A stretch of 64,000 bases of DNA from Octopus sinensis (lineage: Eukaryota): positions 14,632,001 through 14,696,000 of the forward strand of contig NC_043015.1 in assembly GCF_006345805.1 (NCBI RefSeq). Direction: 5' to 3'. Positions 51,160 through 63,786 of the stretch are shown here, one piece after another. Every line of letters starts with the position of its first letter. The stretch's first letter is position 1. The notes under the pieces are model-generated. The model did no database searches and was not told the origin of the DNA. It saw only the letters and a program-made list of their open reading frames with translations. Made by a program: the position numbers and the translations under genes.

Positions 51160-51897
51160 GTATATATGAAGGCATGTGTCTGTGTATATATTTGTACGGA
51201 TGGTTGTGATGCTACAAACTAGAAGAGACCTCAGTACACATATTAAATGTTACTTATTTGATAAAAGCTGATGATTCACTCCATCACTACCCTCTTTCCC
51301 TATGTATGATCATTCAGGTAACATCATTTTGTTACCTGAAAGATTGTACATGGTAAGAAACTCTGGGTTGAGATGAGGTTAATCATCAGCTTTTTTCACA
51401 TGCATGCACACACATATTAATACACACACTTATGCATGCATAGATACATAGACACATATGTATGCATGTGTGTATATATGTATGAGTGTATTTACACACA
51501 CACATGTGATAATTGATGAAGGAAATGGATATGGATATATTTATGAACGTATATATGTTAATAACACCTAGACAGAGGTGCTTTCTCCATTCACTTTGGT
51601 GAATGGAGCTTTGGCCAGGAAGAACTGATGTCATCAGACAGTATTCAATGTTCATTGGGTGTTTCGATTCTGAACTGTAGAATCCTCCCATTGGTGGGTC
51701 AGCAGAGGTGGCCAAATCACTGTTCCTCATCTCCTCCTGGTTTCCAGCTTAACTCCTCTGTCTTCTTCCAAAGCCAACTAGAAGCTCTTTTAGCTGCCTC
51801 TTGCACAACCACCCTTCACTCCTCTCAGTCCAATGGCTGTAAGCATCCTGTATGCCAGCTCGGTGTGTGTGTGTGTGTGTGTGTATACATATATATA

Positions 51898-51904
<7 letters not shown>

Positions 51905-51933
<29 letters not shown>

Positions 51934-52055
51934 GTGTATATAGATATATATATATACATATAATGTGTATATAGATATATATATATATATACATATAATG
52001 TGTATATAGATATATATATATATACATATAATGTGTATATAGATATATATACATA
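51905..52055. repeat. Minisatellite of about 34 bp (ATATAATGTGTATATAGATATATATATATATAC) x3-4 in a TA tract
   Basis: Direct reading. Confidence 0.85.
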
Positions 52056-52269
52056 AATTCAAAAGTCTTAGTAAGAAGGAAGGTAGACAAATCACAACTC
52101 CCTTCAGGTAGAGGGTCCTGCTCGATCTGTAGAAAAGGCATAGGTAGGAACTCCATAAGATGTACCCAGTGTAAGCCATGAACATATAAAATATGCAACA
52201 ATATCAGAGGAATGTTAACAGGGAAAATAGTTTTTGTATGTGGAAGATGCACAGCTACAATAAATACTG

Positions 52270-53075
52270 AAAATGTACAGAAAAACAAACTCCATCAACT
52301 GCCAGTTGGGTAAGCCTGTAGTAGTAGATAGCTTCTGTTATCTAAGTGACCAAGTTAGTAGCAGAAGTGGATGCTCCGAGAGCATAGTTGTAAAAATAAG
52401 ATTAGGCTGGGCAAAGTTCAGAGTGCTTCTACCTCTGCTGGCAACAAATGGCCTCTCTCACAGAGTGAAAGGCAGATTGTATGATGCTTGTGTGCAAACA
52501 GCTAAGCTACATGGCAGTGAAACATGGGCTGTGACAGCTGTGTTAAGAAGTGCCAAACTCTGTGGAGGGAACCTGTGTTAGAGATAGACCCACGAAGATA
52601 TGAAACAAAGTGATGAAGCATGTTCTTCAAATGTTGAGCCTCATTCAGGTAATGACTAGTGACTGAGACCTTTGGTGATATGCTATGCTTGAGGAAGCCT
52701 GTCAAGCCAAGTGAAATCATAGTTGTGGCTGATGCTTGTGTCACGTAACTGGCACCCATGCTGGTGGCATATAAAAAGCTCGTTTCGAGTGTTGGGCCTC
52801 ATGGAGGCAATGACTGAAACCTTTGACATTATCTTGTGCTTGAGAAGAAGACCCATCAAGCTGAGCAAAATCACAGTTGTAGAAGATACCAGTGTCACAC
52901 AAATAGCAAACAAAAGCACCCATTACACCCTTGGAGTAGTTGGTGTTAGGAAGGGCATCCAGCTGTAGAAACCATGCCAAATCAGACTGGAGTCTGGTAC
53001 AGCCTTCCAGCTTGCCAGCCCTGGTCAAACTGTCTAACCCATGCCAGCATGGACAATGGACGTTAAATGATGATG
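52270..53075 (+). mobile_element. RTE LINE, RT C-terminal fragment + 3' UTR + (GAT)n tail
   Basis: VVDSFCYLSDQVSS..GCSES...IRLGWAKFR.LLPLL..GLS.RVKGRLYDACV..HGSETWAV. Confidence 0.88.
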
Positions 53076-54063
53076 ACGATTATATATGTATATATACATG
53101 TATATATATATATATATGTATGTATGTATACACACTCAGACACACATCACACACATATGCATGTGTGTGATGTGTGTTTGTGTCTCTATAAAATTAAACA
53201 TAGCTGACTTTTTCCCATAGGGTTTTAATGTTTTTAAAATAATGGCATATTTATAAGAATAAAACTGCTGTCATAAATTTCCCAGAGACATACCATTATT
53301 TTATTATTATACTGGTATATTACTACTATTATTGGTCAATATACACAATCACTTTATATCATTTCATTTGATGTTAATGTATCCCCAATAGCTATGATGA
53401 TATTTGAAGACCAAAAAGAAAAAGTCTCATCAGTTATTATATTAGATCATTGAATGTTTTTACCTTGCTATGTTCCTTCTTTGGAAGTTTTCTGTTTGAT
53501 GTCAGTTTGAAATCAAAGAGCTTTTGACAGTATTACACCTGATTATGGTATTTCATATACTTATCAAGTATTAATTGTAAATTGAATTATATCAGGCTTT
53601 TAAAATATTTTGTCACATTTCAGGATATATTTTCTTCTGTCAGTTTTAATATTCAATCTTTTATAATTCCTCTAATATCAACAATTCTAATAGAGTTTTT
53701 CTTATTCTTCTCATAAAAGGAAATCTTAAAAGAGAAAGAATTCTGATGAGTAATAAACAGTGTCACTTGATATAATACTAGTCCTTGTAAGATAACTTAT
53801 GACAGAAGGTGACATTAACTACTATTATTGAATACAAGTTATTGAAAAACATTTCACTTGCGTCTGTTCTGTTAGAGTTGTTTTCTCAGTTGCAGAAGGT
53901 CAGGTTTGGAATGTTTTTAGTCCACAATTAAAATCTCAAGAAAACTTAAAAGAGCTGTTAATAAATATTTTTATTGATAATTAATAAATAAATAATCTTT
54001 TATTAATTAATGTTTATAAAACTTCATCCAAAAATAGATTGATAAAATATTCTTTTCTATTCT

Positions 54064-54253
54064 AGGCACAAGGCCCAAAATTTTTGGGGAGGGTGGGGGA
54101 AATCAATTAGATTGACTCCAGTACACAATTAGTACTTAATTTATCAACCCTGAAAGGATGAAAGGCAAAGTTGACCTCGGAATTTGAACTCAGAACATAA
54201 AGATAGATGAAATACCACTAAACATTTCACCTGGTGTGCTAACGTTTCTGCCA
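54064..54253 (-). mobile_element. SINE family B
   Basis: rc core AAAGGATGAAAGGCAAAGTTGACC, head at the right. Confidence 0.8.
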
Positions 54254-54666
54254 GAGGTTGATAAAATATTGTTTTATATTGTTGATATCAAAAGAATTTT
54301 ATAAACTTTTGAGAGAACATGAATTAATTTTTTTTGGAACATTGTATCTCAAAGCACATAAAACTAGAAATCTTTCCAAAAGGGGTTTTTACATACTATT
54401 ATTTAAAGCTTTATTGCTTTGAGATTCTCTATTCCAAAAAGAACTATTGCTTATATTATATAGGTAGAGCAAAAAATCCAAGCTGTGTCCTCTTTAAGTA
54501 CATCCGCTTATTCCATTATTACAATCCGGAATGTAGTTATTGTCGTTGTTGTATTGATGTGAGGTACATATTAAAGTTGAAAATTCTGGAAATATTCTTT
54601 GCAGAATTATTATATAACAAAACAAGATTCTTGAAAATCTTTTGGTATTATTTATTCATTATTAAA

Positions 54667-54978
54667 GGTGGTGAGTTGGTAGAAATGTTAGCGCGCTGGG
54701 CGAAATCCTTAGTGGTACTGTCTTTATGTTCCGAGTTCAAATTCCACTGAGGTTGACTTTGCCTTTCATCCTTTCGGGATCAATAAATTAAGTACCAGTT
54801 GCACGATATAATTGACTGGCCCTCTCTCCAAAAATTTCGGGTCTTGTGCCTAGAGTAGAAAGGAGTCAGTAGCATGTTGGGCAATGCTTAGCAGCATTTC
54901 ATCTGTTTTACATTCTGAGTTCAAATTCTGCCAAGGTTGAATTTGCCTTTCATTCTTTCCCATTCCCCAAAATTGCTG
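54667..54978 (+). mobile_element. SINE family B plus truncated tandem second copy
   Basis: Head GGTGGTGAGTTGG; the second unit starts at about 54870. Confidence 0.8.
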
Positions 54979-54980
54979 AA

Positions 54981-55025
54981 TGAGTGAAAGAGATCAAATT
55001 ATAGGTTGATGCTGGAGGCTTAAAG

Positions 55026-55088
<63 letters not shown>

Positions 55089-56740
55089 CTATCTATCTAT
55101 CTATCTCCAAAATTCTGAAGCTTCAACCCATTGGTTTTTCAAGACAACCATAACCAACCATCCTGACTACTGACAAAACATAAAAAATAACATATTGTTT
55201 CAAAGAGAAAGAATAAGAAAAGAGGAGGAGAGACAGTGGTAGCAGAAGGCCAAACAGCAGTAACCATTACCAACTCCAGCAACCACATGTAGCTGATACA
55301 ATTGTGTATCCTACACACACTATTGAGGATTGGCTTCATTTGCCACTGGCATTAATGGTCCAAATGTTCTTCCAGGAGAAGAAATCAATCCTTAGATTCA
55401 AGGGACAAGCCAACAAGAAGATGGAATGAACAGGCTTAAATCCAAACACAACAATTGCTTCTGTGCATTGACAACAGTTGTTGATTGCTGAGTATTTCAC
55501 ATATATTTGAGGAGTCTTGAAATGTATGTTATAAGGTTATTTCTCAGATGATATTAAATATGTGTGTGTGTATAATTCTTTTTTGGAACATTGTATCTTA
55601 AAGCATATAAAGCTATAAATAGTAGCATGTAAATATATATTTATATATGGGAATGAAAACTCGACCCAATAAATGGTTAATTCAATAGCATTTACTTCTG
55701 AGATTAAGTAAGAAAAATGATAGTCATTTTATCATCTTCATAAGATCTTCATAAATATCCATATGGAAAATAATTGGCTCAATTTGCCTAGTTTAACACC
55801 ACAACCTAGCTTTTGAATGCCTTTGGTGAAGTCCTCTTTGCTGGAAACATTCAGGCCAGTTTGACCTGGAGATAACTCTCTCCTTTCCTCTCTCCATTCT
55901 GCTCTTCTTCCCATGACTAAGTTATAATATAGATATATATTTCTGTTTTTATGTTTACTATTTTACATCTATTTTTTCTTTGAAAAGAATGTTTGTTTTT
56001 TATTTTGAGTTGGTACATAAACATTTCAAAACTAAATGCCCATTGTATGTATCACTAGCAGCTATTTCCACTTAGCCTTTACTTAACACTCATCATAGCA
56101 GCCTTTTCCAGATAGCTTTTCCTATTGTGGGTGCTGAAATATGTAGAATTAAGTGTGTCCTACCTAAAGAGAGGGGGGGGGGAGAAGAAAAAAGAAAAAT
56201 CAGATGCAATAGATAAAATAGATTGTCTGATAGGTATTTCTGTGTGTGTATGTATGTAATTGTGTGTGTGTGTATGTGTGTGTGTGTATATATTTATATA
56301 TATATGTATGTATGTATATATATGTGTGTATATATGTATGTATGTGTATGTATGTATATATGTATATGTATATATGTATATATATGTATGTATATATGTA
56401 AATAGGTATATATGTATGTATATAGGTGTATATATATGTGTGTGTGGATATAATTGTGCTTTATATACATTTATACATATATAACATAATGGTTGATATG
56501 TATGTATGTATGTATGCATTTTTGTATGTATGTATGATTACAATATTGATTTTTGTTTTTATTCAAATGGTTGATAATTGAATATAAACATTGAGTTGAC
56601 AATAAAAAAGTAATGCTTAACTTATCTGTCTTCCAGAACATTCCTGTTGTAATAAAATAAGAGAGGATAGAATAAAAATAAGATATTGATTATGCAAAGG
56701 AAAGTGATCTGGGAAAGAGGGGAGATAGATAGATAGATAG

Positions 56741-56778
<38 letters not shown>

Positions 56779-56829
56779 ATTATACTTTAAGCCTCCGGCA
56801 TCAACCTATAATTTGATCTCATTTACTCA
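54981..56829. repeat. Inverted repeat pair (about 53 bp unique + microsatellite) spanning 1.85 kb
   Basis: 54981-55108 versus the reverse complement of 56721-56829: 4 mismatches in the unique part, followed on both sides by (CT)n(CTAT)nCTCC. Confidence 0.85.
55140..55425 (+). mobile_element. RTE (BovB-like) LINE 3' end relic
   Basis: ...LRIGFICHWH* like the RTE terminal SRIGLxSH motif, then an ATCCTTAGATTCAAGGGACAAGCC tail. Confidence 0.45.
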
Positions 56830-57918
56830 TCTGGTAGTTTAGCTCTTGCTTAGTTTTAAGGATGGAGATATAACTCTTAATTTGAAGAACAATGTTTATT
56901 ATGATTTATACAGTTCTTACCTCTATTATTATGATATCATTATATAACTTGCATGGTCGTTTTTTTTTTATTATTAGAAATGTATCTTATAACAAACTGG
57001 AGAGCAATTATATATGACCTATAGCTTGTTAACTGGTCTTTCAGTCATACTTCTTATAGACTTATAGAGACTTGAAAATGTTTCAGGAGATAGTTACCAT
57101 TATATGATGCTTAAACTACACTTCAACACAACTCATAAAAAAGAAGAAAAAAACAAACAAAACAAAAAGCAAGAACCTAAAAAAAAAAAAGGCTTTCTCC
57201 AGAGTGAAAATTCCCTCCCACTCGTTAGGGAAATGAAGAGATTGACTAAAATACTAGCAGCAGTTTGTAACATTGCTTGAACTAAAAATACATCATCTCC
57301 ACAACAACATCATCAACAAAGGGCTGCAGAAAATATTCAGCACAGCCCAAACTCATTTACCAACAAACAGCATAACTGTTTCTTGATTCACTGATTGACC
57401 AAAACAGCACTCTCCACATTGATGCCAAAGATTCTACAATATTGCTCCATCTGCAAGAATCCTACTGAAGTTAACTGAAGCAGATCAATGAAGACAACAC
57501 CTCAGTATATCCCTGACTAATTTCTGGTACATTTGTCATCATAACAGAAAAAATATATATCATATTTGATGGCATATATAACACACATAATTTTTAAAAC
57601 AGTATCTCAAAAAAATTACCCTGGGTCCCATATGCAAAGTTGGATCTATATTGCATGCTTTAATGCACTAAAATTTTTTTTCTTGAAATTGTAATGTACC
57701 TAATAAGACTGTGCATCTTTTATACTATCAAATATGGTAAACACTACTTGGCAGTAGGTCCCAATCTCCTCTAACCCTAAAACTGGAAAAATTTGTGAGA
57801 TTTATGGCCTATATATCAAACATTTACTATCTCGGTTTGTTATCTCAGTTTTCCAAAAACGGAAATCATTTACTTTCTGAAAACTAACAAATGATTTCTT
57901 TCAAGTACAGGCTCAGCT

Positions 57919-57963
57919 ATTTCCTGATGAAGGAATATAATTTTGTTGAAAAATTGTTGAATA
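57919..57963 (+). ncRNA. Degenerate hammerhead-like motif, same family as 2834-2878
   Basis: ATTTC-CTGATGA-AGGAATATAATTTTGTT-GAAA-AATT-GTT-GAATA. Confidence 0.35.
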
Positions 57964-57972
57964 CATATATAT

Positions 57973-58239
57973 ATATTCTGTTGTGTCTGGGGAGAGTCAT
58001 TTTCTTTTTGTGCCTTATAATTTAACACATTCACCGGTAAAATTTCCACCTATTTCTTATTTTTATTTTCCTAAAATTTTCGTTGCGTCTTGCAACCTTT
58101 TTAATAGTCTAAAAGGTTGCAAGACACAATGAAAATTTTAGGAAAATAAAAATAAGAAATAAGTGGAAATTTTACCAGTGAGTGTGTAAAATTATAAGGC
58201 GCAAAAAGAAAATGACTCTCCCCAGACACAACAGAATAT
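57973..58239. mobile_element. Foldback element/palindrome with 129-bp arms and a 9-nt loop
   Basis: Arms 57973-58101 and 58111-58239 differ at 7 positions, 4 of them CpG-type transitions. Confidence 0.92.
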
Positions 58240-58296
58240 GCTTCAACACACGAACTCACATAAAGAATCTTGCAAACCAAATCCAAAAACGAAGTG

Positions 58297-58329
<33 letters not shown>

Positions 58330-59435
58330 ACACACAAGGTGCATAAGATATTTGAAGACAGATTTATCTTTATAAGAAAAACAGATATATAATAACAGAT
58401 AATAACTTTATTATCAAAAAGTGCTATGAAGATAAAAATAAATCTCCTTTTCTATAATGTTATTCAATAAAGTCAGTCACCTTTGGCTTCAATAACTGCT
58501 TCTAACTTTCAAATGATACCAGGAAATAATAAACCAACTACTGATTCCCAGATATCTTTCTGCCAACAACAACCCCTGCCTTCTCTAACAGACCATAGTG
58601 TCCCAAAAATTGACTTAAAATACTTCATCAAGTGGAGCTGTTGGGTTAGACATGGTTTGAGCCATTTAAATTTATATTTTTCTAGCAATGTATCTTAAAA
58701 TTTAAAAAATTTTCATATTTGGATGGAAAGTCATCATCATCATGCTCATCCTCACCATCATCATCATTTAACATCCATGTTCCATGCTGTCATGTGTTGG
58801 ATAGTTTGATAAGATCTGATGGGTCCAAGGACTGCATTGTGTTCTAGTGTCTGCTTTGGCATGGTTTTTATGGCTGGATGCCTTTCCTAACATCAACCAC
58901 TGTACAGTATGTACTGAAAGCTTTTTTTAAATTTCTTTTGTGCTACCAGCTTTAGTGAGGTGCATGCAGCTTGCAAGATTGGAAAACCCAGATGGGGTGT
59001 GGTTTTATGCCAGAAAATGAGGAGTTAAAAGTATGATAGAAAAAATAGAATAGGTTTCTTGCTGTAAAACTATTCACACTTAGAAGAGAAAGTTGGAGTG
59101 ATTGGTTGGAGCTGGAAGGATGTCCCATAAAGATGAGCATAAGTGAGTACAGATTGAAGATCTAAGAGTGTGGGTGGATGGAGGTTGCAAGAGTGTATGG
59201 GGGAGTGAAAGAGGTGGAATTTGGGTGATGGGAAGTGGGGCTAGTAGCAACTGTAAAGATTAGGTGGGGTTGAGGGGTGGATGTAGTGACTGGTGGATAA
59301 GGAGTGAGGAATGACCAATGATGCATGAGTTCGGGGGTAGGAAGGTACAGAAGAATGTGGTGGGGAAGGTGCAGTGGAATAGTAATGATGATACAGTAGA
59401 CAGGAGAAGGATGAGAGAGAGAAAACCTGTGGATG

Positions 59436-59684
59436 GGTCAGCCAGCTGGCAGAAACGTTAGCTCACCAGGCGAAATACTTAGCGGTATTAAAGAAATAGG
59501 TATTTCGTCTGCCATTACGTTCTGAGTTCAAATTCCGTTGAGGTTGACTTTGCCTTTCATACTTTCGGGGTCGATAAATTAAGTACCAGTTACGCACTGG
59601 GGTCGATCTAATCAACTTAATCCCTTTGTCTGGCCTTGTTTGTCCCCTCTATGTTTAGCCCCTTGTGGGCAATAAAGAAATAAG
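59436..59684 (+). mobile_element. SINE family B, near full length
   Basis: CpG-rich; tail AATAAAGAAATAAG. Confidence 0.88.
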
Positions 59685-60019
59685 AGTGACATGGGGTGGG
59701 GGAGAGATATAGAAGCAAGTATAGTGCATGAGGAAAGTGAGAGATGTTTGGTGAGTGGGGATGAAAGATAATTAGATGGCTCAGCTGTGGGTGGGTGATC
59801 AGTGTAAAATGTGAATAGAGAGAGAGAGAGCAGTATTAATGGATGAAGAATGGACAACAAGTGATGTAGTTCTGGGGAGCAAGAAAAATAAGTGGTAACA
59901 AGGGAGAGTTGCAGTTAGAGAGGTAATGGGTAGTGGTAAGGAATTTGAAGAAGTGATTGGGTAACAAGCTCATTTGTACATTTAACACTGAAATATTTTT
60001 TGTGTAAGTATAGATGTTG

Positions 60020-60290
60020 CCAAGTATTAAGAAGTTTGCTTCCCAACTACATGGTTCTAGGTTCAGTCCCACTGTGTCACACATTGGGCAAGTGTCTTCT
60101 ACCAAAAGCACTTAGCCAACCAAAACTTTGTGAGTGGATTTGGTTGATAGAAACTGAAAGATGCCTGTCATGTGTGTGTGTGTGTGTCTCCTACTAACGC
60201 TTGGCAACCAGTGTTGGTTTGTTTTCATCCTTGTAACTTAGCAGTTTGGTAAAAAAGACATTGATAGAATTAGTACCAGGGTTTAAAACA
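60020..60290 (+). mobile_element. SINE family A (3'-truncated)
   Basis: Head and core motifs. Confidence 0.75.
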
Positions 60291-61049
60291 AGAAAATTGC
60301 AGCAAGGCTGCTTGATATCAGAGCTAGTTTTTAAGTTATTGAATATCCCTGTAGTCACTATGTATGTGTGTACATTCAGTACGCAGTGTTCGTTACCTTA
60401 TTCTAAGTATTTTTTCTTCTTCCATACTTTTTAGATTTGTGCTGACAAACCATCATATAACTTGTTTTATTCTCCTCTTCCTTTTTACTTTGACATGCAC
60501 ATTGCATTTTTATTCTTCTCTTCCATTTTAGGACTTCAGTGTGCACATGTGCATTGCATGTTCATAGTTCACTTTTCAGTTCTTATTCAAAACTATTTAT
60601 ATATTACAACCATCTCACAAATGTGCATTCATGAAAAGCGTTTTGTGTTCCGATGGTTGTGGGAAAAATAAGCACTGAGGTTCAATGCACTTGACTAAAT
60701 CCTTCCAGGTAATATTCCAGTATAGCCATAGTCCAATGACTTGAAACCAGTAAAAGGACTGAGACAGCTCAAATGTTATACACTGCATAGCAAAACATTA
60801 TCTAGCTGATGAGAAAAAAGATTTACTCACCAACATTCTACAGCCAACTACATATTGATGTATTGTTTCCTTCTTCCTCTCTCTTAAATGTATTTAATGG
60901 CCCTCCTTTTCCATCTGATATCCTTTCTTTTCCTCCCACTTATTGTCTCCATTGGTGCTTATCCTAAAACTTCTTGCTAAACATTTCCCCCAATATTTTC
61001 TCTCCAAAACTGCCATATTTCTTATCCATATATTTGCTATGGATGTTCA

Positions 61050-61720
61050 AGCTGAACATCAAAACACATTAATCTCATTAGTTTAGGAGGGCTCCTCCTT
61101 GGGATATCATCTACATATATATAAAAAGAGAAATTATTAGATTTAAACTAGCACCAGGCATTGATTAGCTCATTGTTCAGTTTCTTATATAGCAATTTGA
61201 TATCACTTTCTCCAAGGAATGCTGTTGTATCATCAGCAGAATGGACCAGGTCTAAATTGATAGCTTTGTGCATATCATTTATGTAATTCTTAAGTAATTT
61301 TTGAATATTGAACTATAGGGTACACCATGAGATATAGCGGTTTCAAGAGATCAGAGGTTATCCAGCTATAGATGAGGCGTTTTATCTGCAACATAATTTT
61401 TATCTGTCATGCTCAGTATACGGTAACACTGTGAAGTTAAGGTTAGCATTTAATGATCTATATTAGCAGAAGTTTCTTTTTTCAGGTCTAGGAATATTAC
61501 AGCAGCAATTTTACATTTATGCTATTTTATCTAGAAGCTGAAGAATAAGTATAGTAGCTGAGTTCCGTTTCTTGAAGCTGATATAAGATATTGAACAATA
61601 GGAAATATTTTGTTTGATTTGTAATATATTTTTGAAGCTTTGAAAAAAAACCCATGTGATTCAATAGATATTGAAGTTTTATTTCCCTCCACATTTTTAA
61701 CATCAGAATAAGTTTAACAT
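61050..61720 (-). mobile_element. Decayed L2/Crack-like LINE RT
   Basis: Minus reads: AVIFLDLKK, SHGVP, NYINDMHK, HSADDTTAF, LNNEL. Confidence 0.7.
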
Positions 61721-63016
61721 ACTGCATATGTCAACAGGTATATGTTACAGTCTGAATATCATGATCAGTACTGGAACTGAAAAGAAACTGCTTTCTTTAT
61801 GGTATTAAATGAAATGCTATGGCAATTATGGAAACCTAAGTGATGTTTTTCTCTATGTTGGCAAAGGAGGAATTGAACTATATGGCTATTTAATCATCTG
61901 CTTAGATCTGTTTGAAACATATTGAAAGGTCTTTAATCATTTATGGTTATTGCTTGTAGGATTTATATTTTTGTTTAAACCAACTCTACAGCGAAACTGT
62001 GTCAAGTTCAGTAACAAATATGTGAAGTAAGTTTCCATAACTTTGTGTCGAGCTCATTTATGACTCCATCAATGTATGGATATGTTATGTTTGAGATATG
62101 ATTTCAAATCTAATTCACTACCAGTTCTGTAGTCTTGATTATTTAAGTTTATCTCTTTGCTTAGATAGCAAAGTGATCTGAAATTTCTACTACTAGTTAT
62201 GTCAGATGAGTATTTACAGAGTAAAATGATAGTTTCATCTCCAAGAAAGTAATTTCATTCTCTACCATACTCTTTAAAAATTATATATATATAACTAGTC
62301 AGATTGCTATCTTTGTCTGCCTACATACACATGCAACTTGTGTAACAACTTTGTTTTACTTTCCACAATGTGGTTAAATTATATCAAGAAGTTATACTCT
62401 AAATTTCAGACTGTTCCCCCCTCCATACACAAACACATTCACACGTATGTTTGTATCATATGTACATGTATATAATGTGATAAAACCCTTGAGAGTTAGA
62501 AGACACTTTCACTTTAGTAAATGTATAATTCAGTTTGTCAGTGCACAATTTCTGTTGTTATATTGTTATATGTCTTTAGTTACTTATGTAAATAGCAACT
62601 TATATGTTTTATATTCTTCTTCTCTCTTGGTACAAAGCCTGAGTTTTCTAACATAGAAATAAAATTGATCTCAAAATATTTAATTACTCATTTTATTGAG
62701 TTAGAAAAGATTCATCCCAACTGGATTTAAATTTTGAACTTAGAAAAATAAACAATGATGACCTTTGATGTGTTTTAACAACCAACTCCAATCAGTTGGG
62801 ATTCACAGTTTGAGCTGTGCTATTCATCCTTTTGATCATTGAATACAAAATGTGGCTCATGAGATCAGTGAAAAAATATGCAAGAGATACAGATATTATT
62901 AAAAATAATAATATTACTATCCAGCAAGAATAAAGCACCATAAACGGTAGAATTATAAATACAAAGCAGAGATGTAGTGAATATTTTGAAATTTCGGTTG
63001 TTAATGATACATTCAA

Positions 63017-63071
63017 CTGAAGAGGACCATTCAGATTTGTGCCTACGCAGGTAATACAAAAGGTCTGAAAC
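63017..63071 (+). ncRNA. Hammerhead-like core with branched stem II
   Basis: CTGAAGA-GGACC..TTTGT..CCT(acgc)AGG..ACAAA..GGTCT-GAAAC. Helices I and III are not cleanly formed. Confidence 0.45.
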
Positions 63072-63786
63072 CTATATTCACCACCTGCAAATGTCTCTGC
63101 CTATAAACATTCAGTGAAGCTCAACATAGCACTGATAACTTACTGGCTGCTATTTCTAGCAATGATTATACATCATGTACATTTTGCTTTATATATATAT
63201 ATATGATGCTTCTTGATGTAGCTTCTGATGAATTGTGTATTCTTCTTCCCTTTCCTCCATTATTCTTGGAGGCTCTGTAAATGTCATTGGCACTACACTT
63301 TCTCCTCAGACTAATCTAAAGTCATAAAAATTGTTAAATGGCTCTACCTTTAGCCATAATCACCATCTTGTGTAGTTGAAAATATTGATAAATGTCAGCC
63401 GTGTTATATACACTTTTTATCAGATAAACATTTTGGGTAAATATCAATCTTTGCACAATAGTTTAAAACATGGTAAATAAGCCAGAATTGAAATGAAAAG
63501 GTCAAGAAAAATGCTATGCATAATAAATCTAAATAATAGAAAACAGAAAAATGTAGAAATATATTTTTGTCATTCGTTTTTTATTAAAGACTTGTAACTT
63601 TATGGTCTTTTCTTTCATTTTGCTAACCAGGCATAAAATCACTTGGTCTTATCATTTAACATACCTTACCACATCCACATATCCACCTACTCCTAGTTGT
63701 GCCAATTTAGTGGTTTTATGCAAGTTGCTTCTGGTTGGCTGCCATATAATAAGTCATGAATAACATAATATATGATATGATATATA

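Noticed and set aside
58440-58700. Minus-strand LEAVIEAKGD, like a Tc1/mariner C-terminus
   Set aside because: The upstream sequence shows no DDD/E motifs, and 10 residues are insufficient.
58940-59960. G-rich purine strand with G-quadruplex-like runs
   Set aside because: G runs are irregular. It is most likely the antisense of a decayed pyrimidine-rich LINE segment, with no specific structure supportable.
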